A DNA stretch of 50,912 nt, taken from positions 1-50,912 of the forward strand of contig CALLXS010000117.1 in assembly GCA_937875295.1 (NCBI GenBank), in the 5' to 3' direction. The notes beneath the pieces were generated by a model. The model searched no databases. It saw only the letters and a program-made list of their open reading frames with translations, and was not told the DNA's origin. Source of the DNA: an uncultured bacterium (GTDB lineage Bacteria; Bacteroidota; Ignavibacteria; Kapaibacteriales; UBA2268). The position numbers and the translations under genes are program-made. Positions within the stretch are counted from its first letter, which is position 1. The number at the start of each line of letters is the position of its first letter. Positions 28,462 to 38,390 of the stretch are shown here, piece after piece.

Positions 28462-30402
28462 ATGAAAAACTTTACACTTTTAATAGCGATATTTATTATT
28501 TATAACACTTCTTTTGCTTATAAACCAGTTGATTTTTCAGTCTGTCTAAATCTGAAATCAGATTCCACAAATAGAAAAATTTATCTCGATTGGAGTACAA
28601 GCAATGTGACCAAAAATTTCACCTTAAAGAGATTAGAATATATTAATAACCACCCAAATTGGATAATTCTAAAAGAGAACACCAATGATCATTCATATAT
28701 TGACAGCAATTTATCTTATGACAGAATCTATGAATATAGAGTGGAGAACCATTTCGATACTGCTTTTGTGGGGTATGGGTATAATACTACTGTATTAAAT
28801 GCAATTTATCAAAATTCTACAAAAAATTTATTACTATTAGTTGATGAAGAAGTATATAAAGAAATTCCTCAAGAAATAAATAATTATAAAAAAATATTGA
28901 TTTGCGATAATTATAGAGTTTATTTAAGAACAGCACCGAGAGCTGAAATATTTGATTCTGCAAAAGTAATTCTTACAAAAAAAATAATTAATGATTTGCG
29001 AGATACAATTGACTTAGATTATATACTACTTTTTGGAAGAATCCCAGTGGCTTATTCCGGAGCTTTAACGATTGACGGACATTCTGATCATTTTGGAGCT
29101 TTCCCAGCTGATGTTTATTATACTTTATCAGATAGATTCTTTACTGATAGCCTAGTAGAGAGTACTTCTGCATCATTGGATAGAAATAAAAACGTTCCAT
29201 TTGATGGAAAATTTGATTTAACAAACATTGAAGAAATAGTAAAAATTGCAATTGGAAGAGTAGATTTCTATGATTTACCATTATTTCAAGAAAGCGAAAT
29301 TGAATTATATAAAAATTACATTACAAAAATCGAAAATTACAAATATCAAAAATTCCCTATAGAATATAAATCAATTATCAATGATGAGCTTGGCTTAGGT
29401 ACATATAATGAAGTATGGGGAGCTGAAGGTTATATTAATTCTTATTGCTTATTTGGTGAAAATAATATTTCTGAAGCACCATTTAAAAATAATATATATG
29501 ATAACAATTATTTTATTAGTTTTTCAAGTGCTTATTCAAGCTATCAACATAATGGAAATATTATCGGTGCTCAAGAATTTGCAGAAAATAATATTAATTG
29601 TATAATGAGTTGTATATTTGGTTCTTATTTGGGAGATTGGGATTTTCAAAATGCTCTATTGCGTAGTGCAATTGCTTCGACTCCAAAAATGCTTAATTCT
29701 TATTTTGGGGGACGTCCTTTTTGGCATTTATATTCCCTTAATTTAGGAGGGACAATAGGGGAGGCATATAAAATTTCAATAAATAATGATATTAAATATA
29801 AAACTACTCAATTATTTGGTAGCAGAATGGTTCATATTGCTCTAATGGGTGATCCTACAATTAGAATGTATAATATAAAACCCGTAATAAATTTTAATGT
29901 AGAAAAAATTAATGACATTAAAACTTTTACTTGGGAAAATCAAAATGAATTTTATGTAAATATTTATTCTGCCAAAAATATTGATTCAGAATTTGTAAAG
30001 TTAAATTATTTTCCAATAATGGAAGATCACTTTTCGATACTTGATACTTGCAAAGATTGTATTTATATGATACGGAATGTTCCTAAAAATAACATTCAGA
30101 CTCGATCCGCTCGGTTCTATAGAGAAAGTATTGGGGTACTTAACGAAAAAATTGTAAATATTAAAGATAACTTGACAAATAATCCTGAAATCGAAATAAA
30201 AATATTTGATAATAAAATTGAAATTAACTCCAATGAAGCAATTAGGTCTTATGAAATATTTAATATTTTAGGAGAGAAGCTTTTATTTAATAATTTTGAT
30301 AATTATACCGATAACTTTATAATTGATAAGTCTTTATTAATGAATGGAATTTATATTTGCAGAATAAATAAAAATAAGGATTATAAATTATTAATTTATT
30401 AA
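28462..30402 (+). CDS. Secreted protein with gingipain/peptidase C25-like central domain and T9SS type-A C-terminal sorting domain
   Basis: Signal peptide ending SFA|Y; FN3-like N-terminus (LDW...YEYRV). C25-like segments YILLFGRIP, ADVYY, IAIGRV and LMGDPTIR. CTD IFNILGEKL...NGIYICRI...YKLLIY. Confidence 0.65.
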   Translation: MKNFTLLIAIFIIYNTSFAYKPVDFSVCLNLKSDSTNRKIYLDWSTSNVTKNFTLKRLEYINNHPNWIILKENTNDHSYIDSNLSYDRIYEYRVENHFDTAFVGYGYNTTVLNAIYQNSTKNLLLLVDEEVYKEIPQEINNYKKILICDNYRVYLRTAPRAEIFDSAKVILTKKIINDLRDTIDLDYILLFGRIPVAYSGALTIDGHSDHFGAFPADVYYTLSDRFFTDSLVESTSASLDRNKNVPFDGKFDLTNIEEIVKIAIGRVDFYDLPLFQESEIELYKNYITKIENYKYQKFPIEYKSIINDELGLGTYNEVWGAEGYINSYCLFGENNISEAPFKNNIYDNNYFISFSSAYSSYQHNGNIIGAQEFAENNINCIMSCIFGSYLGDWDFQNALLRSAIASTPKMLNSYFGGRPFWHLYSLNLGGTIGEAYKISINNDIKYKTTQLFGSRMVHIALMGDPTIRMYNIKPVINFNVEKINDIKTFTWENQNEFYVNIYSAKNIDSEFVKLNYFPIMEDHFSILDTCKDCIYMIRNVPKNNIQTRSARFYRESIGVLNEKIVNIKDNLTNNPEIEIKIFDNKIEINSNEAIRSYEIFNILGEKLLFNNFDNYTDNFIIDKSLLMNGIYICRINKNKDYKLLIY

Positions 30403-30487
30403 TAAAAGAAAAAAAAATGAAGTTCGTTTATAATAAATTAAAGTAACAAAAATTGAAAAATTTATAACAAATTGGAAATAAATAATT

Positions 30488-33046
30488 ATGGTAAAACCTC
30501 TTCATAGTTACATTGTAACAGCAAAATTACCCGAAAAAATCGAAAAATTAAAAGAATTAGCGTATAATTTCTGGTGGTGTTGGAATTCAGAAGCTAAAGA
30601 GATGTTCGTGAGAATGAATAGAAATCTCTGGAATGAAGTTAATCATAGCCCTGTAATGCTTATAAATAAATTAGATCAGCAGGAATTAGAAGATTTAGCA
30701 AATCAAGCTGATTTTGTTGCATTTTTAGAGCATAATTATAGACAATTCAAAAGATATATGCAGGATAAAGGTTGGTATGGTACTTTAAATCAGACTACTA
30801 AGAATGGTATAGCTTATTTTTCAACAGAATATGGAATCAACGAATCATTTCCTAATTATTCCGGTGGATTAGGGATCTTGTCAGGTGATCATTTAAAATC
30901 ATCAAGCGATTTAGGATTGCCATTAGTAGGAGTAGGATTATTATATCAACAAGGATATTTTAGACAACATCTTACTCAAAATGGGTGGCAAACGGAATCA
31001 TATAATTTCAATGATTTCTTCTCAATGGCATTAGTAAGAATTGAAGATGATAAAGGCGTTCCTTTAAAAATCGAAGTAGATTTGCCTAACGGTAAGTGCT
31101 ATGCACACGTATGGAAATTACAAGTCGGTAAAGTACCATTATATTTACTTGATACTAATATTGCAGAAAATACTAATCCAGAATATAGAGATATTTCTGA
31201 CCAATTATATGGTGGCACTCGCGAAACTCGTATTCAGCAAGAAATAGTGCTTGGTATAGGTGGTATTAGAGCATTAAAAGCAATGAACATCGAACCAGAT
31301 GTGGTTCATATTAATGAAGGACATGCAGCTTTCGCTCTTTTAGAAAGGACTTATAATATTATGCAAAAGCATAATGTAGATTTCGAAACTGCAAGCATAA
31401 TTACAAAAATGTCATCAGTATTTACTACTCACACACCGGTTCCTGCCGGAAATGAATCTTTTAATATCTCACGAATGGATGCATATTTTGCAAATTATTA
31501 CCCTAAATTAGGTATTAATAGAGATTATTTTATTAAGCTTGGGCAAATTGGCGATGTAGCTAATGATGAGCATTTCTCAATGACAGTGTTAGGATTAAAA
31601 CTTACTGCATATCATAATGGAGTAAGCAAATTACACGGAGAAGTTTCTAGAAAAATGTGGAAAAATATTTGGCCTAATTTTTCTGAAAACGAAGTACCAA
31701 TTGGTCATATTACAAATGGTATTCATACATCTACTTGGGTAGCAAGAGAATTTTCAGAATTATTTGATAATTATTTAACTCCAAGATGGCGTACAGAAAC
31801 TGATAATAATGCAATTTGGGATAAAATGGATCTTATACCTAATGAAGAAATATGGCGTGAGAAGCAACGAAGAAGAATGAGATTAATTCTATTTGCAAGA
31901 GACTTTTTAAAGGAAAGACAAAGAGAATTTTTAGGTGTAGATGAAATTCGAAAGATAAATGAATATTTAGATCCTGATGCTTTAACTATTGGTTTTGCAA
32001 GGAGATTTGCTACATATAAAAGAGCTTTGTTATTGTTTAAAGATATGGAAAGGCTATCGCGAATAGTTAATAATCCAGAAAAACCAGTACAAATTATTAT
32101 TGCTGGTAAAGCTCACCCTCATGATACTGCCGGAAAAGAAGTAATTCAAGCAATTATTCAAAATATTAGAAAATATAATTTAGAAAAAAGAATTATTTTT
32201 ATCGAAGATTACGATATGGTAATTGCACGATATATGGTAAAAGGATGCGATGTATGGTTGAATAATCCTATTAGACCAATGGAAGCAAGCGGTACTAGCG
32301 GTATGAAAGCTGGATTAAATGGTACATTGAATTTCAGTATTTTAGATGGTTGGTGGGACGAAGGATATGATGGATCAAATGGATTCGCAATCGGAAATGG
32401 CGAGGAATATTCAAATTATGATGAACAAGAAGTTATCGAATCTGATGCTTTATATGATACTTTAGAAAATGTTGTAATAGCTACATATTATGATAGAGTA
32501 GGATTTAAGAAAATTCCAGATAAATGGACAACATTGATGAAAAATTCAATTAAGACAATTGCAGGGAATTTCTCTACAACAAGAATGATTAAAGATTATA
32601 CAAATCAATTCTATGTGCCAGCACAAAATAACTTTACTAAACTATCGAGCGATGTAGCTAAAAGTGCAATAAACTTTAAGAATTGGCGAGAAAAAGTACA
32701 AAAAGAATGGGATAAAATTGAAATTTCAAATTACAAGATTCTTAATAATGGAGAATATTATTTAGGAAAAGAAATAAATATCTCAACAGATGTGAAGCTT
32801 GGTAACTTAACACCTGATGAAGTAATAGTGCAAGTAGTTTATGGTGATGTTGACCATAAAGATGAATTAATTAATACCTTTAGCACTAATCTTTCTTTTG
32901 TACAAAAAGACGGCGAAATATCTAAATATACAGGGTCATATAAATGCTCTGGAAATGGTATGCAAGGTTTTACAATACGAATATTACCTAAACACGAATT
33001 TATGATAAATACAAGTGATTTGAATTTAGCTACTTGGGCTAGATAA
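30488..33046 (+). CDS. glgP: Alpha-glucan (glycogen/maltodextrin) phosphorylase
   Basis: YFSTEYG, YSGGLGILSGDHLK, HINEGH, FTTHTP, TNGIH, FARRFATYKR, AGKAHP and PLP-lysine motif EASGTSGMK. Confidence 0.96.
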   Translation: MVKPLHSYIVTAKLPEKIEKLKELAYNFWWCWNSEAKEMFVRMNRNLWNEVNHSPVMLINKLDQQELEDLANQADFVAFLEHNYRQFKRYMQDKGWYGTLNQTTKNGIAYFSTEYGINESFPNYSGGLGILSGDHLKSSSDLGLPLVGVGLLYQQGYFRQHLTQNGWQTESYNFNDFFSMALVRIEDDKGVPLKIEVDLPNGKCYAHVWKLQVGKVPLYLLDTNIAENTNPEYRDISDQLYGGTRETRIQQEIVLGIGGIRALKAMNIEPDVVHINEGHAAFALLERTYNIMQKHNVDFETASIITKMSSVFTTHTPVPAGNESFNISRMDAYFANYYPKLGINRDYFIKLGQIGDVANDEHFSMTVLGLKLTAYHNGVSKLHGEVSRKMWKNIWPNFSENEVPIGHITNGIHTSTWVAREFSELFDNYLTPRWRTETDNNAIWDKMDLIPNEEIWREKQRRRMRLILFARDFLKERQREFLGVDEIRKINEYLDPDALTIGFARRFATYKRALLLFKDMERLSRIVNNPEKPVQIIIAGKAHPHDTAGKEVIQAIIQNIRKYNLEKRIIFIEDYDMVIARYMVKGCDVWLNNPIRPMEASGTSGMKAGLNGTLNFSILDGWWDEGYDGSNGFAIGNGEEYSNYDEQEVIESDALYDTLENVVIATYYDRVGFKKIPDKWTTLMKNSIKTIAGNFSTTRMIKDYTNQFYVPAQNNFTKLSSDVAKSAINFKNWREKVQKEWDKIEISNYKILNNGEYYLGKEINISTDVKLGNLTPDEVIVQVVYGDVDHKDELINTFSTNLSFVQKDGEISKYTGSYKCSGNGMQGFTIRILPKHEFMINTSDLNLATWAR

Positions 33047-33076
33047 TTTCGTAAGAAATTCAAATTGATAAATATA

Positions 33077-33110
33077 AAAAGCTACTTTTAATATGTTAAA
33101 AGTAGCTTTT
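33077..33110. terminator. Bidirectional terminator between glgP and the ROK kinase
   Basis: AAAAGCTACTTTTAA / TTAAAAGTAGCTTTT 15-bp perfect inverted repeat. Confidence 0.85.
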
Positions 33111-33129
33111 ATTTTGTAGAAATTAAATA

Positions 33130-34059
33130 TTATAAAACAAGAGATGCTGCTCCAAGAATTGCAGCATTTCCTTGAGGAAGTCCTGAGAGTTCAATTTTTA
33201 CTGAACTTTTAAATACATTTAATAGATTATTATAAAAGGAATTTCGAATTGGATTAAGTATTAAATCTTTGGCATTTGCTACACCCCCAAAAATAAATAT
33301 ATGCGATGGACTTGTAATCAAAGTAGCTTGAGCTAATTGATAGCCTAATATTTTGCCAGTAATATTAAATACTTCATTAGAAACTTTATCACCTTTAATT
33401 GCAGCATTGTAAATATCAATTGTTGATAAATTTTGAATTCCATGAAGCAATGAATCATTGTTTTTTTCTATTAATTCTTTTGCAGTTTCAATTATTCCAT
33501 TTGCTGAACAATATGTTTCTAAACATCCTTTTCTACCGCAATTACATTGCCTCCCTTCAATAATTGCAGTTGTATGACCGATTTCTCCAGCATAACCGCT
33601 TGCTCCTAATAGAATTTTTTTATTTATCACTATCCCAGCACCTACTCCTGTACCAAGAGTAATTACAATAAAATTATCCAAATCTTTAGCATTACCGTAC
33701 ACCATTTCGCCTATTGCAGCAGCATTTGCATCATTTGAAAGCACAATAGGAGTATTGAAGTTATTTTTTAATAATTTTACGATATTAATATTATTATGCC
33801 AGGGTAAATTATGAGCATCTTCGATAAATCCTGTAAAGTGATTTGCCATAGGAGCTCCAATGCCAATCCCCTCGATTTTTTGTAGAGGTATAGTTTCGAA
33901 AAATTTTGAAATTTCATCTGACAATTTAATAATATATTTTTCAGAAGTTAAGTACTCAAAAGTATGGAATTTAGTTTTAAGTAGAATTTGTCCAGTTTCA
34001 TCAACTAAACCAATTTCTGTGTTTGTACCTCCAATATCAATACCAATTGAATATTTCAT
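33130..34059 (-). CDS. ROK-family sugar kinase (glucokinase-like)
   Basis: GIDIGGT, NDANAAAIGE, TLGTGVGAG, GEIGH and CNCGRKGCLE; no N-terminal HTH. Confidence 0.92.
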   Translation of the reverse strand: MKYSIGIDIGGTNTEIGLVDETGQILLKTKFHTFEYLTSEKYIIKLSDEISKFFETIPLQKIEGIGIGAPMANHFTGFIEDAHNLPWHNNINIVKLLKNNFNTPIVLSNDANAAAIGEMVYGNAKDLDNFIVITLGTGVGAGIVINKKILLGASGYAGEIGHTTAIIEGRQCNCGRKGCLETYCSANGIIETAKELIEKNNDSLLHGIQNLSTIDIYNAAIKGDKVSNEVFNITGKILGYQLAQATLITSPSHIFIFGGVANAKDLILNPIRNSFYNNLLNVFKSSVKIELSGLPQGNAAILGAASLVL

Positions 34060-34061
34060 AT

Positions 34062-35297
34062 TTAAATTTTATTTTTAATTAGAAGATTTGCGTCACCATA
34101 GCTCAGAAAACGATAATTATTTTCTAATGCAAAATGATAAGATTTTTCCCATAATTCTTTACCAATAAATGCAGCTACAAGTAGAATTAATGTACTTTTA
34201 GGTTGATGAAAATTTGTAATCATCATATCTACAATTTTAAAGTCATAACCTGGTACGATTAACAACTTTGTTCTTACAGTAATTTCATTAATTTTATTAT
34301 CATCTAAATACTTTAAAATTGCGTTAATAGAATTAATAGAGGATACTTTTTCTGTTGATTTATAAGGATAGAATTGGTCGAAAATATCAGTATCATAATT
34401 TAATACTAAAGAGGGCGATTCAATTAATTTATAACCAATCCAAAAAATGCTTTCGAGAATACGTGTGGAAGTAGTTCCTACAGCTAATATGTTGTTTTTG
34501 CTTTCGATTGCATTTTTAAGATTTAAAATATCAGATTTTTTTATGATAATTCTTTCGGAATGCATATCAAATTCTTCGAGATTATCTGTGTTAATTGGTT
34601 TAAAAGTACCAAGTCCAACATGAAGAGTTAGCTCAAAAATTCCAAAACCTTTATTATTTAATTTTTGCATTAACAAATCTGTGAAATGAAGTCCAGCTGT
34701 TGGAGCAGCTACAGACCCCTCTAAATTTGCATATATCGTTTGATAATTCATTTTATCTTCGATAATATTGTCTCTTCGAATGTAAGGGGGAAGAGGTACA
34801 TTCCCAAATTGATTTAAAAATTCTCTAACTGATAAATTTATTTTAGACGGATCAAATTCTACAATTGCCTCATTTCCATTTTTTTGAGACACTGTAAATT
34901 CAATTATCTGTGAATTATAATTATAAAATAATTTATCTCCAGTTTTAATGTTTTTCCCTCCAATTATGCAATTCCAGATAACTTTACATTTTTGATCAAG
35001 TGCAGTAATATATTCTTTACTTGGTGAAATTGGTGAAGTTAGAAAAATCTCAGCTTTGCCGCCATTTACTTTATTTGTAAAGATTCTAGCAAAAATTACT
35101 TTACTTGAATTTATAAATAAAGATGTATTTTTCGGGATTAATTTATCTAAGTCTTTAAATATTTCAGTTTTAATAGAATTTTCAATTTTATTCACACATA
35201 ACAGTTTGCATTCATCTCTGTTTTCCAATGGGAAAAAAGCGATTTTCTCGTTTGGTAAATTATAAGAATATTCTGCTAAATTAATTTTTGGGAACAT
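34062..35297 (-). CDS. queA: S-adenosylmethionine:tRNA ribosyltransferase-isomerase
   Basis: PLPPYIRR, YQTIYA, GSVAAPTAGLHFT, TLHVGLGTF, VGTT, TNFHQP.STL and YRFLSYGD. Confidence 0.93.
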   Translation of the reverse strand: MFPKINLAEYSYNLPNEKIAFFPLENRDECKLLCVNKIENSIKTEIFKDLDKLIPKNTSLFINSSKVIFARIFTNKVNGGKAEIFLTSPISPSKEYITALDQKCKVIWNCIIGGKNIKTGDKLFYNYNSQIIEFTVSQKNGNEAIVEFDPSKINLSVREFLNQFGNVPLPPYIRRDNIIEDKMNYQTIYANLEGSVAAPTAGLHFTDLLMQKLNNKGFGIFELTLHVGLGTFKPINTDNLEEFDMHSERIIIKKSDILNLKNAIESKNNILAVGTTSTRILESIFWIGYKLIESPSLVLNYDTDIFDQFYPYKSTEKVSSINSINAILKYLDDNKINEITVRTKLLIVPGYDFKIVDMMITNFHQPKSTLILLVAAFIGKELWEKSYHFALENNYRFLSYGDANLLIKNKI

Positions 35298-35331
35298 TAA
35301 AATATGTTAGGATTTAATATATATAAAAATA

Positions 35332-35362
35332 AAAAGCGTTCTAAAATAATTAAAACGCTTTT
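35332..35362 (-). terminator. Stem-loop downstream of the secreted-protein gene
   Basis: AAAAGCGTT / AACGCTTTT inverted repeat with a T-tract on the minus strand. Confidence 0.6.
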
Positions 35363-35391
35363 AAATAAAAAATACTTATTTTTAATTTTTA

Positions 35392-36141
35392 CTATTTATT
35401 AAAAATAGCTGCATCAATTTTTTTATTAACTTCTATTTTAGTAAAAGATTGAGTACCAGAAATTTCACCTATTTTTACTTCAACAGTTTTAGGGAATTTT
35501 ACTCCTTCTACATTCATCCATTCTTTTACAATATAAATAGGTTTATTTTCGCCGATTTGAGCTAATTGTTGATTTAATTCAGAGTCAGTTGCTGATTCTA
35601 AGATATTAAAACCATAAGCAGCTTCTAAATTTGTAGCTGGATCGATATAATATAAAACTTCTATTAATTCAGACTGTTTTACTTTTAAAACTTGATATGA
35701 TTTACCATCTAATGTATCAACTGTAACAATTGAATTTTCTGGAGTACAAATATTAGGTTGCAAAAGAGCATTTTTTTGGAAATACAATTGGTCTGGGAAT
35801 TGTAGTACCATTAATTCAGCTTCTTTTGCATCAATATCTTGAGATTGTCCAGCAGATGACGCAAAAATGTCAGTACCATTACTTGCGAATTTCACTGTTT
35901 GTCCCATTTGACTTATTTCTAATGCGTACTTTGCTGGTAAATCAGCATTAAATTTCATAAGAATCAGAGTACCCATAATATTAAAATCTGATTCTGTTTG
36001 AATAGTTTTGATATTATCAATTGCTTTTCCACCGCGAGCAGCTTTATTTGCATTTATTATATCTTTATAATCAGTAGCATTTGCATTTGAAATAAAAGCA
36101 AACATTGCTATTGCAAGAATCATTTTAAATTTTTTCATCAT
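35392..36141 (-). CDS. Hypothetical secreted protein (LolA-like / outer-membrane lipoprotein-sorting fold suspected)
   Basis: Start reassigned to MMKKFK (36141), giving a signal peptide ending ANA|T. Segments II...ARGG..AI..IKT, YYIDPATNL, VEGVKFP and IEVNKKIDAAIF resemble LolA-like proteins. Confidence 0.55.
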   Translation of the reverse strand: MMKKFKMILAIAMFAFISNANATDYKDIINANKAARGGKAIDNIKTIQTESDFNIMGTLILMKFNADLPAKYALEISQMGQTVKFASNGTDIFASSAGQSQDIDAKEAELMVLQFPDQLYFQKNALLQPNICTPENSIVTVDTLDGKSYQVLKVKQSELIEVLYYIDPATNLEAAYGFNILESATDSELNQQLAQIGENKPIYIVKEWMNVEGVKFPKTVEVKIGEISGTQSFTKIEVNKKIDAAIFNK

Positions 36142-36169
36142 TATCTTTCTTTTATATTTAATAATTATT

Positions 36170-37000
36170 TTATTCATTAAAAAAGTCAATTATATCGGTT
36201 GCTTCACGTTTAGATAGTCCTAAATCAAGAAGTGCCTTTTCTTTTAATTTTGATTTGTCAATAATATTCTTTAAAAATTCTAATTCAATTCTAGAGAATG
36301 ATTTAGAATAAAGTCTAAAATCTTCAAATGCTTCAAATGATATTGGAACGATTTTTTTTATAATTTCAGCAATTGCTTCAGCATAGATTCTTATTTCAAA
36401 TTGGGCATGTGAGTCTAATCTTAGCCTAAGGAAATGAAATAAATTATGTAAATCAATTTTCCAATACCATTCAGTATACGAAGATAATGGCAAATTGATA
36501 CGAGCTAATTCTCTAGCAAGGTCTTCTTCAAGATAAAATTTATATTCATTGTAGGAATTTTTCTGCGATTGCTTCATTTTTTTTAAAACATTTTCAGCAT
36601 GATGTAATTCCAAATTTTGTTCAGAACGACCTTGTTTATTATTTTTTGATTGATGTCTTAATTGAATTAAGTCAGGTACATAAAATTCATCTGTCATTTC
36701 TGAATATCTTCCAGAATATTCGTTTACATTGGCAGTTCTATGTCGAATCCATTGTCTTGCTACAAAAATTGGGAGTCTCACATGGAATTTAAATTCTACC
36801 ATTTCGAAAGGTGAAGTATGACTATTGCGCATTAAATAACGAATTAAACCTCTATCTTCACGATATGATTTTGTACCGTTGCCATAGGATACTCTTGCAG
36901 CCTGTACTATAGCAGAGTCATCTCCCATAAAATCGACTAAGCGGACAAAACCTTTGTCTAAGCATTTTATGCTATTATTCGCTAATTCTTCTTTATTCAC
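36170..37000 (-). CDS. thyX: Flavin-dependent thymidylate synthase
   Basis: AARVSY, HTSPFE, ThyX motif RQWIRHRTANVNEYSGRY, ARELARINLP and HAQFEIR. GTG start. Confidence 0.97.
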   Translation of the reverse strand: MNKEELANNSIKCLDKGFVRLVDFMGDDSAIVQAARVSYGNGTKSYREDRGLIRYLMRNSHTSPFEMVEFKFHVRLPIFVARQWIRHRTANVNEYSGRYSEMTDEFYVPDLIQLRHQSKNNKQGRSEQNLELHHAENVLKKMKQSQKNSYNEYKFYLEEDLARELARINLPLSSYTEWYWKIDLHNLFHFLRLRLDSHAQFEIRIYAEAIAEIIKKIVPISFEAFEDFRLYSKSFSRIELEFLKNIIDKSKLKEKALLDLGLSKREATDIIDFFNE

Positions 37001-37075
37001 AATTTTAAGGGGTATAAATTATAATGAATGATTGTTGATTTCCATTTATAGAAATCACTTTTTATTTGCAAAATA

Positions 37076-37083
37076 CAAATATA
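37076..37083 (-). promoter_or_regulatory. Bacteroidota-type -7 element upstream of thyX
   Basis: TATATTTG on the minus strand. Confidence 0.4.
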
Positions 37084-37194
37084 AGATTAAAATTTAATTA
37101 AATTATTAAAATATTTAAAATAAATACTCGATATAAATCAAATATTAATAAACTATTTCGTTATAATTATAAATAATTAATATATTAAAATAGA

Positions 37195-37917
37195 ATGAAG
37201 ACAGTTTTTATTACAGGTAGCGGAAGAAGATTAGGACGTGCTTTAGCAATAAAGTTCGCTGAAAAAGGCTGGGATATTGCTTTACATTATAATACATCAA
37301 AAGAAAGTGCAGAATCGACATATAATTTGATTAAAAAATTAGGTGTGAATGTCTCATTAGTCCAATTTGATTTATTAGATGCTAATCAGATAAAAAGAGG
37401 ATTTGAAGAAACTTTTGCTTCTCATAAAAATATTTCTGTTTTAATTAATAATTCAGCTATTTACCCTAAAAGAGCTAGACTATATGATACAAGCGTTGAA
37501 GATTGGGATAGGGTAATAGATACAAATTTACGTTCTATATTCATCTCTTCAAAATTATTCGCTGAGAGGGCAAAGGAAAATTCTCGGATTATTAATATTG
37601 GTTGTCTTAGTAGCATAGAAGTATGGCGAAATAGAATCCCATATAATATAAGTAAAAGCGGAGTGCTTAAATTAACAGAAGTATTAGCAAGAGAATTAGC
37701 ACCAAAAATAACTGTAAATGCAATTAATCCTGGTGCAATATATATTGAGGGCGAGCCTGCAATTAGTGAGTCGGAAGTGCAATTGGAGAAAATCCCAATG
37801 GGAAGATATGGGAAAATAGAGGATATTTTTGAAGTAGCTCATTTTTTCGCAACTTGTACTTCATATATTACAGGGCAGTATATAAACGTAGATGGCGGAA
37901 ATCATTTAGTAAAATAA
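37195..37917 (+). CDS. Short-chain dehydrogenase/reductase, pteridine reductase (PTR1/FolM)-like
   Basis: TGSGRRLG, ALHYNTS, LINNSA, catalytic YNISK, LAPKITVNAINPG and YITGQ.INVDGG. Confidence 0.8.
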   Translation: MKTVFITGSGRRLGRALAIKFAEKGWDIALHYNTSKESAESTYNLIKKLGVNVSLVQFDLLDANQIKRGFEETFASHKNISVLINNSAIYPKRARLYDTSVEDWDRVIDTNLRSIFISSKLFAERAKENSRIINIGCLSSIEVWRNRIPYNISKSGVLKLTEVLARELAPKITVNAINPGAIYIEGEPAISESEVQLEKIPMGRYGKIEDIFEVAHFFATCTSYITGQYINVDGGNHLVK

Positions 37918-37948
37918 TTTTTTAAAAATAAAATAAAAGGAACTAAAA

Positions 37949-38347
37949 ATGAAAATGAAAGTAACATTTCCCGGAAACAAAAGAGTAGATGCAGAATTTA
38001 ATGGTTTTACAGTGCAAACTGACCAACCAATCCCTTCTGGAGGAGATAATTCAGCACCTTCACCATTTGATTATTTTTTAAGCTCAATGGTTACTTGTGC
38101 TGGTATTTTTATTTTGGGATTTTGCAATAATCGCAATTTGCCGACAGATGAAATTTATTTAGAACAGGATATAGAATTTGACCCTATAAATCATAGATTA
38201 GCTAAAGTCAAAATTAATATTTTTATTCCGATAGATTTTCCTGAAAAATATAGAGGTGCATTAATAAATGCGGCTAATTTGTGCCTTGTAAAACGTACAA
38301 TTCAAGATCCACCTGATTTTGAAATTGATACAGTTTTTATTGACTAG
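37949..38347 (+). CDS. OsmC/Ohr-family protein
   Basis: TDQP..GGDNSAPSPFDYFLSS..TCAG with a second Cys in ANLCLVKR. Confidence 0.9.
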   Translation: MKMKVTFPGNKRVDAEFNGFTVQTDQPIPSGGDNSAPSPFDYFLSSMVTCAGIFILGFCNNRNLPTDEIYLEQDIEFDPINHRLAKVKINIFIPIDFPEKYRGALINAANLCLVKRTIQDPPDFEIDTVFID

Positions 38348-38390
38348 CATTTATTAAATTTCTGATATAATAAATAATTACTTCAAATAA

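Noticed and set aside
36142-36189. ORF-track N-terminal extension of the secreted protein overlapping thyX
   Set aside because: The signal peptide begins at MMKKFK (36141); the extension would bury it.
37019-37045. Tiny uORF MEINNHSL upstream of thyX (minus strand) within a small hairpin
   Set aside because: Eight codons, no SD and no informative codon bias; expected by chance.
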